NCBI RefSeq assembly: GCF_006345805.1
Contig: NC_043004.1
Coordinates: forward strand, 75,764,001-75,828,000
Direction: 5' to 3'
Length of the DNA: 64,000 bases
Source of the DNA: Octopus sinensis
Lineage: Eukaryota
In this document: one piece after another, positions 51,494 to 64,000 of the stretch
Position numbering within the stretch: the first letter of the stretch is position 1
Layout: each line of letters opens with the position of its first letter
Translations under genes and position numbers: made by a program
Notes under the pieces: model-generated
Databases searched by the model: none
Told to the model about the DNA's origin: nothing
The model's input: only the letters and a program-made list of their open reading frames with translations

Positions 51494-51772
51494 TTTGGGA
51501 ATTTACGCATCAAGTTGAGCCTTCACCACTTTTCCCCATATCTTCCTCAGTCGTCCTCTTTCAGAGTCCTCCCACTTGGATCCGTTAGCACTTTTCTTTT
51601 AACCTCTCACCTTCCAATGCATTGAATGCCTGTCTCACTTTTCTCTCTCACTGTGTATGAGACGTTTTGGTGGTGTTGATTCGATGCTGACTTACTTGAC
51701 ATCAGACATTTTAATGTTTTTCTTACTCTCTCCTTCACTCTTCCCCTCTCTCTTTATATGTGTGAGCATATT

Positions 51773-52003
51773 TATTTCTTTACTACCCACAAGGGGCTAA
51801 ACACAGAGGGGACAAACAAGGACAGACAAACGGATTAAGTCGATTATATCGACCCCAGTGCGTAACTGGTACTTAATTTATCGACCCGAAGGATGAAAGG
51901 CAAAGTGGACCTCGGCGGAATTTGAACTCAGAACGTAACGGCAGATGAAATACGGCTACGCATTTTGCCCAGTGTGCTAACGTTTCTGCCAGCTCGCCGC
52001 CTT
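51773..52003 (-). mobile_element. SINE family B with 14-bp TSD
   Basis: tgtgtgagcatatt at 51759-51772 and 52004-52017. Confidence 0.9.
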
Positions 52004-52075
52004 TGTGTGAGCATATTGCTTTTCATGTGAGGAGAGGGAAAGTGTTTATGTCTATCATCCTCAAATGATAAGCTA

Positions 52076-52154
<79 letters not shown>

Positions 52155-52894
52155 GTCTCCCTGGTGCACTAACATTTCTATGCCTTTCTCTCAATGCCAG
52201 TGATGGCAAAAGTACCACACTCATTCTCCACAAACTTTACTGTGATATCAATCGTGTACATATTCTGACACACTTCTTTGCAGTTTAGACCGGCATCCAA
52301 ACCTTTGTGTGTAGGTGTGTGTGTGTGCGAATATGTTTGTGGATCTATGTATATATATGTCTGTGTGTAATTCTTTTAAAACTGTTATATATATACACAC
52401 ACACACACATGCTATTTATGACAAATATGCATTCCCCATTCAGTGCTTGATTAGTTTTCAAATTAAATTTACCAAAAAAAGAAAAGTTACAGTTTAATTG
52501 TTTATGTGTGTTTGGGTGTTGAGGCAGGTAATACATAATGTATTAGTTTCATGGTAAATTAATGGTAGAATTAGTAGTGCGTCAAACAAAATGTCTGGTG
52601 GCATTTGTTTATATTCTGGTTTTAAATACTACCCACATCCACTTTACCTTTCAGCCCTCTGAATTTAATTAAAACATTCTGTTTAATGTAGTTCATTATA
52701 AACCCTAGGGAATGGTGCTGTAAAATGGCCACAGGCAAATCACTGAAACCAGTAAAAAAAATAAAAAGGACAACTAAGAGTGATTTGGCTGCTTTTTCTT
52801 GCAGGTCAGATCTATAGGCAGTAGCTCCCAACTAGGGTCTATACAAGATTTTGGGGGGTCCACGCATACGAAATAGTAAATTGGTGAGCCACAG

Positions 52895-53240
52895 TACTTT
52901 ATTAAAGCCATATCCAGCCAAAATAGTCCACTTGTTTTATTTTGAAACCAACCAGATCCTACCTGTCACACCTACCCTACAATGTCATTTTATAAATAAA
53001 CAATCACATCTTCAAAATCTTGAAGCTACGAGACAATGCATGATTAATTCAAAACAATATGACTATAGGCGTAGGAGTGGCTGTGTGGTAACTAGCTTGC
53101 TTACGAACGACATGGTTCTGGGTTCAGTCCCACTGCATGGCACCTTGGGCAAGTGACTTCTACTATAGCCTCGGGCCAACCAAAGCCTTGCAAGTGGATT
53201 TGGTAGATGGAAACTGAAAGAAGCCCATCGTATATATGTG

Positions 53241-53271
<31 letters not shown>

Positions 53272-53520
53272 ATATATGTTTGTGTGTCTGTGTTTGTCCC
53301 CCTACTTGACAATCGATGCTGGTGTGTTAGCATCCCCGTAACTTAGTGGTTCGGCAAAAGAGACCGATAGAATAAGTACTAGGCTTACAAAGAATAAGTC
53401 TTGGGGTCAATTTGCTCGACTAAAAGGCGGTGCTCCAGCATGGCCACAGTCAAATGACTGAAACAAGTAAAAGCGTATATAAGCATTACATTTGAAAGAA
53501 TAATGTGACTGCTAAAGGGT
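52895..53520 (-). mobile_element. TTAA MITE interrupted by SINE C (53068-53473, plus)
   Basis: MITE body to aaaacaatatga (~53062) resumes as taagcattacatttga..tgctaaaggg. Confidence 0.75.
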
Positions 53521-54815
53521 CAAGGGACCCAATGAAAATTTTTTGCTTTAAATGTATTCATTGCAAGAAACAGCTTGGTTTCTTTCTCTAATTTCTTACA
53601 TGGTTCAACCTGCGGAAGTTAACGCGTGCAAAGCGAAATAGGCAGAGCTGGTGATGGTGGTGGTGCGTCGGTGATAGAGTTGGTTTTTAGTCCAAGGTCA
53701 AAACTTGATTGAGCAAACTTGTGATCAAAAGCATTCCAGCCGAATGGCCGGGATGTTTATCGTTGCATTTTCTAATGCCCTTTCCTAGTTTTAAGCTAGT
53801 GCTGTGTGATTTGAGGGAGATTTGGTTGCTATTTGTGGCTGGGTGAGCAGCCATGTAGAGGTTCACTCTCTGGTTGAAAGAATAAAAGACAAGGGCTTGT
53901 ATTGAGGGAGTAGGAGGAAGAGGCAAGTGTAGGAGCAGTGGGAGTGAAAGGGAAGATGTGTAGGTTTAAATATAAAGATTTGTAGTGGAGGTAAGGGGGA
54001 AAAGGCAGAGGTGATGATTGAAGGGATGGGGGAAAGAGTGATGGGAAGAGGTGTAGAAGAAATGAGAGAGAGAGAAGCATGGATGATGGGATGAAATAGG
54101 AAGAAACAACAATAGGTACCAAGTAAAAAATGGATACACTTTTTGTTCAACTCCCTGCTTTTTGGGTTCTACCCTTTCTCTTTTCTCTCTCTCTCCCTCT
54201 CAATGGTTGGGTGTTCTCCTGAGCAATTTACTCAGGTGAGCTGTCAAAAGAGATTATGGAAGAATAAATTATGATCGTGCATTGTGTAGCGAAGATCGGA
54301 AGGGAGATTAAAAGCAGTAATTTCCAGAAACAAGCTAACCCTTTCCCTCCCCAGCACACACCAACACTCACACTTGCACAACAACAGTTATTTTTAAAGA
54401 ATACAAACAGAAAGTTAAAAATGCCTAAACATCCAGTATTTGGGAAGAATTTATAGAGAAAAGAAAATCCCTATTTTTAAAAAATAATAAAAAATTTTTA
54501 AAAAACTGTTTTAAGTACAACAAATCTTTTCCTGCTGGGTTCTTTTTGAGCTTCTAATGTTATTTTTAATAAAACGGAGAAGAAATCCAAGGTGTTGGTT
54601 TACAAATGCAGAAATTGATAAATTCCCATTGTTCGTTAATACAAGCATCCCTCAGGTTACGGGATTTCACACATTCGAAAATTGTAAAATATAATAATTA
54701 ATTTCGGGATACGGTCTGTAATTTCACTTGTACAGGAACTCGTGTTGTGTAGTTTTAAATTGTTGACAATTTAAACCTACACTTTCTTTTTAGATCAGTG
54801 GCCACTTGCATTTCA

Positions 54816-55207
54816 TCTCTCTATATATAAAGCTGAAGTTGTCTGTGTATGGCAGGTTTGGAAGCCTTCAACTAACACTATCTCCTCCGAGATCCTGTGG
54901 CTCAAGTTGACCAAAATTGAAAGTATGATAGAAGAAGGCTTGCTCTTCCTTCCGTAGAAGAAAAAATTCAAATCAGACCATGTTAACACCAAAAATTATT
55001 TACATCATAAAGGTGCTTTTTTCCATGAAAATCCCTATTTTTTACGATTTTTTTTACTCCTGTGTCGCCATTTTTCGGTGTATTTCAACCAGAAAAATGT
55101 TCACTTAAAGAGAATAACAAGCTACATAATGCAAAATTTTTGCTTTTCAAAAATTCCAATTCTAAAGGGTCGAAACAAACCTGAGCAACGCCGGGCGATA
55201 CTGCTAG
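54816..55207 (+). mobile_element. Non-autonomous Helitron
   Basis: A54815|TCTCTCTATATA...caacgccgggcgatactg CTAG|T55208. Confidence 0.82.
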
Positions 55208-56706
55208 TATATAATATATATAGTTAACGATTTCAAAAACTATCATACACGCATGAAAATCAATTGGAAAATTAATTTCGCATTACAGAATTTTGCATTA
55301 CGGCCAGATTTTCAGGAACACATTGCTTCCGTAAAGCAAAGGATTCTTGTAGTTATGTAATGATTGAAAGGTCTGTTTGCAGAATCAGATGTTACTAGAT
55401 AGAATTTCCGGGTTTCTGGGTGGGTCGAGGAGGTGATGCTGTCAATGGAGTGTTTCAATATGACTACAGCTTCAAGGAAATGGTCATATTAATCAGCCAT
55501 AAACCTCTCATTGACCAAACTACTAACACTCTCAATGAGACAATGACAATGTCAGATTTGTCTCCAAATCTCATTCTTACTCTCGCCTGATCGATTGTCT
55601 TCCCCTGCCAACACCATGCTACCATTCCATTCTTGCTCTTATCACCCTACCACCAATTCCACCAGCTCCTGCTGTTTATTATTATTATTATTATTTTTAT
55701 TTTTATTATTATTCAACATCGCTGATAATGCTGCAACTGTCGGCTGTCGGTACTTAACATACCACCTTTCACTGCTGGTACACACAACCATTACCACCCT
55801 GCTTCTGTCACAATCACCACCATCACAACAACAACTAAGAGATTATCTCTTTCTGTTCTCACCATGTGAGGAATAATTTCAGTTGTTGTAATCTTTAGAA
55901 ATACACTTGAAGTGTAATGATTGTTTAAGATGACAGGGTCTGCATCCACAGAAGAAGAAACTTCTACTAGTAACAATAGATTATGCAATGTCTTGATATT
56001 GTGTGTGTGTGTGTGAAATGGTTTGATCTCTCTTGTCGCTTAGAATTCTTGTTAAGAGGGAATCGGTGCATTTCGCAGAGGTGTAATTTATATGTTAATA
56101 CATCATCTTCATGCTGTCGCTCAGATTCTAATGTTTCATTCTCTTAGCTAACACAGATGCAGATATAGCTGTGTGCTTATGGAGCTGGTTTCACACACCA
56201 CATGGTTTTATGTTTAGTCCCACTGTGCAACACTGCAGGACTTAATTTGGTCGACAAAAACTGTGGAAGCATCCATCACCGGACAACCAGTGCTGGTTTG
56301 TTTACATTCCTGTAACTTAGAGCTTCTGCAAAAGAGACTAATAGAATAAGTACCAGGCCTTAAAAAAGTAATTTGTTCAACTAAACTCTTCAGGGCAGTG
56401 CTCCAGCATGGTAACCGTCCATTAAGTGAAACAAGTGAAAGAAAAAGTCTTAGTTTGAATTGTGAAATGTTTATTTAGAACTTCTAAAGATGGGCTTTGT
56501 GCCCGAAATATAAAGGTTATTTAAACTTTGTGCATTGCTAGAAGCTTTCCTCATTTCTCATCTCATTCATTAGTCTACTCCTGTACTACAATGCTTCAAG
56601 CAAACTACAGTACACTGTTTTGGAGTCACTGAATTAGTAACAAGGGAGCTGTGGTTAAGGAACCACTGTGGAGACAGCTGCATTTGGAGAAGAATGATGG
56701 GGTTAA

Positions 56707-56927
56707 CCCTTTCGTTACCAACCCTGCTGAAACTGGCTCTGGCTCTGAGTACAAATGTCTTGTTTTCATAAGTTTTGAATTAAAATCTTCCACTAAAACT
56801 TAGTTGCAATTTATGTTCCTATCACTAGCTTAATGATAACTAAATTATTTTACTAAATTCTTTGTTATATTTAAAATCAATTGAAAGCAATACAGAACAC
56901 CTCAAAATAAATACAGTAACGAAAGGG
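56707..56927. mobile_element. piggyBac-type MITE (second family), intact ends
   Basis: TTAA (56703-56706) ccctttcgttac ... gtaacgaaaggg TTAA (56928-56931): perfect 12-bp TIR. Confidence 0.9.
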
Positions 56928-57898
56928 TTAATTAGTTTTTGCATTTGGTTTACAAGATTCTTGATGTGAACTCATGTTGAAATATATTTTGTTGTATCTT
57001 GGGAGGGTCATTATGTCAATAACACATGCACTGGTTCTGTTTCACTTCTTTAATTTTTATTTGTTAATTGGTTAATCATTAACCAATTAGCTAATCAACT
57101 GTTATTTTAGTCAATCAATCAATCAATGACATACCCTCTCTACTCCAGGTCTGCTTCAAGCATGTCTGTCTGTCTGTCACTTGGTTTGCAAGTTCTATAT
57201 TTATATTGTTACATTCATAGCTAAACACACCATTTTGTCTGGGGTATACAACCTGTTACTACCCCACCATCATCAGCTGCTTAATTTCACCACCACCACC
57301 ACCTTTTTTTTGGTTTCCTTGGTGAGGTAGTTCTGAGGGGCCTTTTTCTTAAAAATTTGATCTTTTATGCTTTTAATGCTCTTTTTCTTTTTTCTGTTTT
57401 TTTACTGTAAAAATATGTTGTTATATAAATGAAAAATTATGGGTTGAAAAAAATTGACAAATAAATGAGAAAGAAGTGAAATACAACCAGTACATGTGTC
57501 TATTATCTTCAGAATGGCCCTCCCAAGATAAACCAAAGAAATGACGGGGTTAAGTTTTCAGAAAAGGGTTCAGGGGTCAGAATGGTAGGAGTGATAGTTG
57601 AAGGAGTTAATTCATCAGCTGGTTTAGGTAGGGGTATGAAAAGCTAGCATCTTGAGAAGTATTAGGGACCATTATAATTGGAACTTGTTGCTTAACCTTG
57701 GCCCAGCTCTCACTGAGCAGACTTTTGCTGAAAGGCATTCCTGGCATGACATTCCTGCCTTTTAGTCTCATTCTTTGCCTTTCATCCTTACAGAGTCGAT
57801 AAAACAAGTACCAGTTGAACACTGGGATCGATGTAATCAACTTGGCCCTTCCCCAATATTGCCAGCCCTGTGCCAAAATTTGAAATTATTATTATTAT

Positions 57899-58209
57899 TA
57901 CCTTCACTTTAGCAAAGGCAGAGATATTGTTTTCAGTTGTTTGTTTGTTTGTTGGTCCATGGACAAGACATCTCAAGAACCACTGGATGGATTCAGATGA
58001 AACTTCAAGGATGTTTGGCCTCGTGACTGGCACAAACTGATTAGATTTTGGGATCGATCCGGTACCGGACAAGGATTCTGGGTTATTTGTTATATTTACT
58101 TTACATGAAGTATTACGAGATGTTCTCATTTTAAAAATCATCTCCGGCTAAACGTTGAGAGGATGTTGGTGTTGCCTTGGCGGAGGTTTGTGCTCTCTGA
58201 GTGCTCTTG
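57899..58209 (+). mobile_element. Helentron/HINE-like element
   Basis: Homologous to 14188-14535; inserted in an ATT run. Confidence 0.55.
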
Positions 58210-58214
58210 TTATT

Positions 58215-58708
58215 ATTATCATTTCGTTAGCACACTGGGCGAAATGCTTTACGGTATTTCATCTGTCGCTTGCTCTGAGTTCAAATTCCGCCGAGGTTGA
58301 CTTTGCCTTTCATCCTTTTGGGGTTGATAAATCAAGTACCAGTTGAGTACTGCAGTTGATGTAATCAACTACCCCTTACCCCAAATTTCAGGCCTTGTGC
58401 CTATAATAGAAAGGATTATTATTATTATTATCATTAGCGCCGCCTTGACTGGCTTCCGTGCCGGTGGCACATAAAATGCACCAATCCGATCGTGGCCGTT
58501 GCCAGCCTCGCCTGGCACCTGTGCAGGTGGCACGTAAAAAGCACTCACTACACTCACGGAGTTGTTAGCGTTAGGAAGGGCATCCAGCTGTAGAAACACT
58601 GCCAGATCAGACTGGGCCTGGTGCAGCCTTCTGGCTTCCCTGATCCCCGGTCAAACTATCCAACCCATGCTAGCATGGAGAACGGACGTTAAACGATGAT
58701 GATGATGA
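58215..58708 (+). mobile_element. SINE B (58215-58412) whose (ATT)n tail is interrupted by an RTE 3' end (~58436-58708)
   Basis: Both diagnostic motifs present; ATT runs on both sides of the RTE. Confidence 0.85.
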
Positions 58709-58739
<31 letters not shown>

Positions 58740-59004
58740 CATTATTATTATTATATTATTATTATTATTATATTATCATATTATTATTATCATTATTATT
58801 ATTATTATCATTATTATATTATATTATTATTATTATTATTATTATTATCATTATTATTTATTATTATTATTATCATTATTATTATTATCATTATTATCAT
58901 TATTATTATTATATTCATTATTATTATTATTATTATTATTATCATTATTATATTATTATATATTATTATTATTATATTATCATTATTATTATTATTATAT
59001 TATT

Positions 59005-59042
<38 letters not shown>

Positions 59043-59068
59043 CATTATTAATATTATTATTATTATTA

Positions 59069-59102
<34 letters not shown>

Positions 59103-59175
59103 CATTATTATTATTATTATTATTATTATATCATTATTATTATATATTATTATTATTATTATTATATTATTATTA

Positions 59176-59206
<31 letters not shown>

Positions 59207-59334
59207 CATATTATATTATATTATTATTATTATCTTATTATTATTATTATTATTATTATCATTATTATTATTATTATCATTATTATTATTATTATTATTA
59301 TCATTATTATTATTATTATTATTATTTATTATTA

Positions 59335-59368
<34 letters not shown>

Positions 59369-59410
59369 CATCATTATTATTATTATATTATTATCATATT
59401 ATTATTATTA

Positions 59411-59441
<31 letters not shown>

Positions 59442-59563
59442 CATTATTATTATTATTATCATTATTATCATTATTATTATTATTATTATATTATCATTAT
59501 TATATTATTTTATTATCATTATTATTATTATCATTATTATTATTATTATTATTATTAGTATTA

Positions 59564-59628
<65 letters not shown>

Positions 59629-60052
59629 ATTATTATATTATTATTATTATTATCATTATTATTATTATTATTATTATTATCTCATTATTATTATTATTAT
59701 TATTATCATTATTATTATTATTATTATTTATTATTATTATCATTATTATTATTATTATTATTATCATTATTATTATTATTATTTATTATTATTATCATTA
59801 TTATTATTATTATTATTATTATATTATTATTATCATTATTATTATTATTATTATCATTATTATTATTATTATTATCATATTATTATATCATTATTATTAT
59901 TATATTATATTATTATTATCATTATTATTATTATTATCATTAATTATTATTATTATTATTATATTATATCATTATTATATTTTATTATTATTATTATATT
60001 ATTATTATTATTATCATATATTATTATTATTATCATTATTATATTATTATTA

Positions 60053-60086
<34 letters not shown>

Positions 60087-60173
60087 CATTATTATTATTA
60101 TTATTATCATTATTATTATTATCATTATTATTATTATTATTATTAATCATTATTATTATTTATATTATTATTA

Positions 60174-60207
<34 letters not shown>

Positions 60208-60562
60208 CATTATTATTATTATATTATTATTATCATTATTATTATTATCATTATTATTTATTATTATTATTATTATCATTATTAATTATCATTATTATTA
60301 TTATTATTATATCATTATTATTATTATTATTATTATATTATTATTACATTATTATTATTATTATTATTATTATCATTATTATTATTATTATTATTATTAT
60401 CATTATATTATTATTATTATTATTTATATTATTATTATTATTATTATTATTATATCATTATTATATTATTATTATCATTATTATTATATTATTATTATTA
60501 TCATTATTATATTATCATTATTATTATTATTATATTATCATTATTATTATTATTATTATATA

Positions 60563-60598
<36 letters not shown>

Positions 60599-60704
60599 CA
60601 TTATTATTATTATCATTATTATTATTATTATCATATTATTATTATTATTATTATTATTATCATTATATTATTATTATTATTATATTATTATCATTATTAT
60701 TATA

Positions 60705-60735
<31 letters not shown>

Positions 60736-60752
60736 CATTATTATTATTATTA

Positions 60753-60789
<37 letters not shown>

Positions 60790-60882
60790 CATTATTATTA
60801 TTATTATTATTATCATTATTATTATTATTTATCATTATTATTATCATTATTATTATTATTATTATCATTATTATTATTATTA

Positions 60883-60916
<34 letters not shown>

Positions 60917-60957
60917 CATTATTATTATTATTATTATTATTATCATTATTATTATTA

Positions 60958-60988
<31 letters not shown>

Positions 60989-61007
60989 CATATTATTATT
61001 ATTATTA

Positions 61008-61041
<34 letters not shown>

Positions 61042-61206
61042 TTATTATTATTATTATCATTATTATTATTATTATTATTATTATATTATTATTATTATTT
61101 ATTATTATTATCATTATTATTATTATTATTATCATTATTATTATTATTATATTATTATTTATTATTATATTATTAATTATTATTATTATCATTATTATTA
61201 TTATTA

Positions 61207-61237
<31 letters not shown>

Positions 61238-61278
61238 CATTATTATTATTATTATTATTATTATCATTATTATTATTA

Positions 61279-61312
<34 letters not shown>

Positions 61313-61396
61313 CATTATTATTATTATTATCATTATTATTATTATTATTATTTATTATTATTATATTATTATATTATTATCATATTATTATTATTA

Positions 61397-61427
<31 letters not shown>

Positions 61428-61549
61428 CATTATTATTATTATTATCATTATTATCATTATTATTATTATTATTATATTATCATTATTATATTATTTTATT
61501 ATCATTATTATTATTATCATTATTATTATTATTATTATTATTAGTATTA

Positions 61550-61614
<65 letters not shown>

Positions 61615-62224
61615 ATTATTATATTATTATTATTATTATCATTATTATTATTATTATTATTATTATCTCATTATTATTATTATTATTATTATCATTATTA
61701 TTATTATTATTATTTATTATTATTATCATTATTATTATTATTATTATTATCATTATTATTATTATTATTTATTATTATTATCATTATTATTATTATTATT
61801 ATTATTATATTATTATTATCATTATTATTATTATTATTATCATTATTATTATTATTATTATCATATTATTATATCATTATTATTATTATATTATATTATT
61901 ATTATCATTATTATTATTATTATCATTAATTATTATTATTATTATTATATTATATCATTATTATATTTTATTATTATTATTATATTATTATTATTATTAT
62001 CATATATTATTATATCATTATATTATTATTATTAATTATTATTATTATTATATTATTATTATTATTATTATCATTATTATATTCATTATTATTATTTATT
62101 ATTATTATTATTATCATTATTATTATTATTATCATATTATTATTATATTATTATATTATCATTATTATTATTATCATTATTATTATTATTATATTATTTA
62201 TTATTATCATTATTATTATTATTA

Positions 62225-62255
<31 letters not shown>

Positions 62256-62574
62256 CATTATATTATTATTATTCATTATATTATTATTATTATTATTATT
62301 ATTATCATTATTATTATTATTATATTATTATTTATTATTATTATTATTATTATTATCATTATTATTATTATTATCATTATTATTATTATCATTATTATTA
62401 TTATATCATTTTATTATTATTATTATTATATTATTATCATTATTATTTATTATTATTATTATTATTATATTATTATTATTATCATTATTATTATATTATC
62501 ATTATTATTATTATTATATTATTATTTATATTATTATTATCATTATTTATTATTATATTATTATTATCATTATA

Positions 62575-62607
<33 letters not shown>

Positions 62608-62795
62608 CATTATTATCATTTTATTATCATATTATTATTATTATCATTATTATTATATATCATTATTATTATTATATCATTATTAGTATTATTATCATTA
62701 TTATTATTATAATTATTATTATATTATTATTATTATTATTATCATTATTATTATTATATTATATTATTATTATTATTATATTATTATTATTATTT
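58709..62795 (+). repeat. ~4.1-kb imperfect (ATT/ATC)n array
   Basis: Direct reading; source of the poly-I/L/Y/N ORFs; followed by a degenerate SINE B at 62796. Confidence 0.97.
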
Positions 62796-63084
62796 AGGCG
62801 GTGAACTGGCAGAGACATTCCCGTGTTGGGAAAAATGCTTAGCAGCATTTCTTTCGACTTTACATTCTGAGTTCAAACGTCGCCAGGGTCTGTAAAATTT
62901 GAATGTAATTGATTTATCCCCACCCCAAAATTGCTGGCCTTGTGTCAAAATTTGTCGACTTTTCTGTCATCCCTACAGGGTCAATAAAACAAAACACCAG
63001 TCAGATATTGGAGAGGGGTCGATTTAATTCACTCACACGCTTCTTCCAAATTGCAGGCTTTGTGCCTTTCTGCTGGATACAATT

Positions 63085-63201
63085 GTGTGTGTGTGCGTGT
63101 GCATGTATGTGTGTGTGTTTGTGTATGTGTGTCTGTCTGTGTGTATGTATGCGTGTGAATGTGTGTACGTATGTGTGTGTCTGTATATATGTATGTGTGT
63201 A

Positions 63202-63269
<68 letters not shown>
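63085..63269 (+). repeat. (GT)n microsatellite
   Basis: Direct reading. Confidence 0.95.
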
Positions 63270-63270
<1 letters not shown>

Positions 63271-64000
63271 CTGATAGTGCCTTGTACTGTAAAGACCTAA
63301 ACATTGTAATGTATTGAATAGTCAACAGCAGCAATAATGAGAAGAACAATCTGAACGGAGAACGTTCTTATTTCTCCTCCGACTGATTGCGAATTACACT
63401 TTAATTAATGTAGCTTCATAAATATATTTAATCAGAGTGATATATATATATATATATATATTTTAATCTTAGTTTCCCCCGCTCGACATGAACGTAATGG
63501 CAGGGGTACTCTTTTTTTTCTTTCTGGCTATTTATTCTTGTTTAATGTAGTTTCAGCTCTTAACTTAATCTGCCTCCTGAAAAACATCGTCTCTGCTCCT
63601 CCCACCTCCATTAATATATATCCGTGTGTTTGTGTGTGTGTGTGCGTGTGTGTGTGGTGTGTGTGTGTGTGCGTGCGTGTACGTCGTGTAGTTGTATACT
63701 TGAAACTCAAATTGCTAAACCTACGTACACGATTGTATATGTTAGGGAACTCTTGTGTTTTTTTTTTTCTGTATATATGTGTGTGTTCCTATATTTCCTT
63801 CGTTCTCTCTCTCTCTATGTATATATGTCTATCTGTCTGTCTCTTTCTCTTTCTGTGCATCTCTCTCTCTCTTTCTCTTTGTATCTGTCTGTCTCTATGT
63901 ATTTATCTAAATCTATCTATCAATCTACCTTTCTCGATATATCTCTCTTTCTATTTATATCTATCTATCTCGATATCTCTCTTTTTCTATCTATCTGTTT

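Noticed and set aside
54223-54240. 12-bp microexon (ctgag|caatttactcag|gtgagc) and other isolated AG..GT segments near 55383 and 56044
   Set aside because: Too short to distinguish from chance in 64 kb of AT-rich DNA without RNA data
58696-59943. 415-aa ORF and other long poly-I/L/Y/N/V/T ORFs (2456, 20166, 40101, 60680 and similar)
   Set aside because: These are translations of stop-free microsatellite frames, with no splice, codon or domain support
63340-63510. CpG-containing unique stretch with taattaat, possible regulatory element
   Set aside because: No positive evidence; conservation and chromatin data would be needed

Overview
AT-rich animal genomic DNA, most likely octopus (coleoid cephalopod), inferred from the repeat families. 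No host gene is confidently recognisable; almost every ORF in the supplied track is read through a microsatellite or repeat. The window is a dense, nested transposon landscape: three to four tRNA-derived SINE families (labelled B, C and D here), many 5'-truncated RTE LINE 3' ends with (GAT)n tails, an old CR1/L2 reverse-transcriptase relic, piggyBac-type TTAA MITEs, a mariner derivative with long inverted ends, a pogo/Tigger-type MITE, two Helitron MITEs, Helentron/HINE-like elements, a 129-bp minisatellite, a 4.1-kb (ATT)n array with an internal 1986-bp period, and a 100-N scaffold gap. The most notable element, at 35.8-36.2 kb, joins a tRNA-type Pol III head to a minimal type I hammerhead ribozyme motif and a Penelope-style inverted end. 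A second element with similar architecture and a degenerate hammerhead core lies at 21.1-21.5 kb. All calls are by eye with no database search; repeat boundaries are approximate unless TSD or TIR positions are given.
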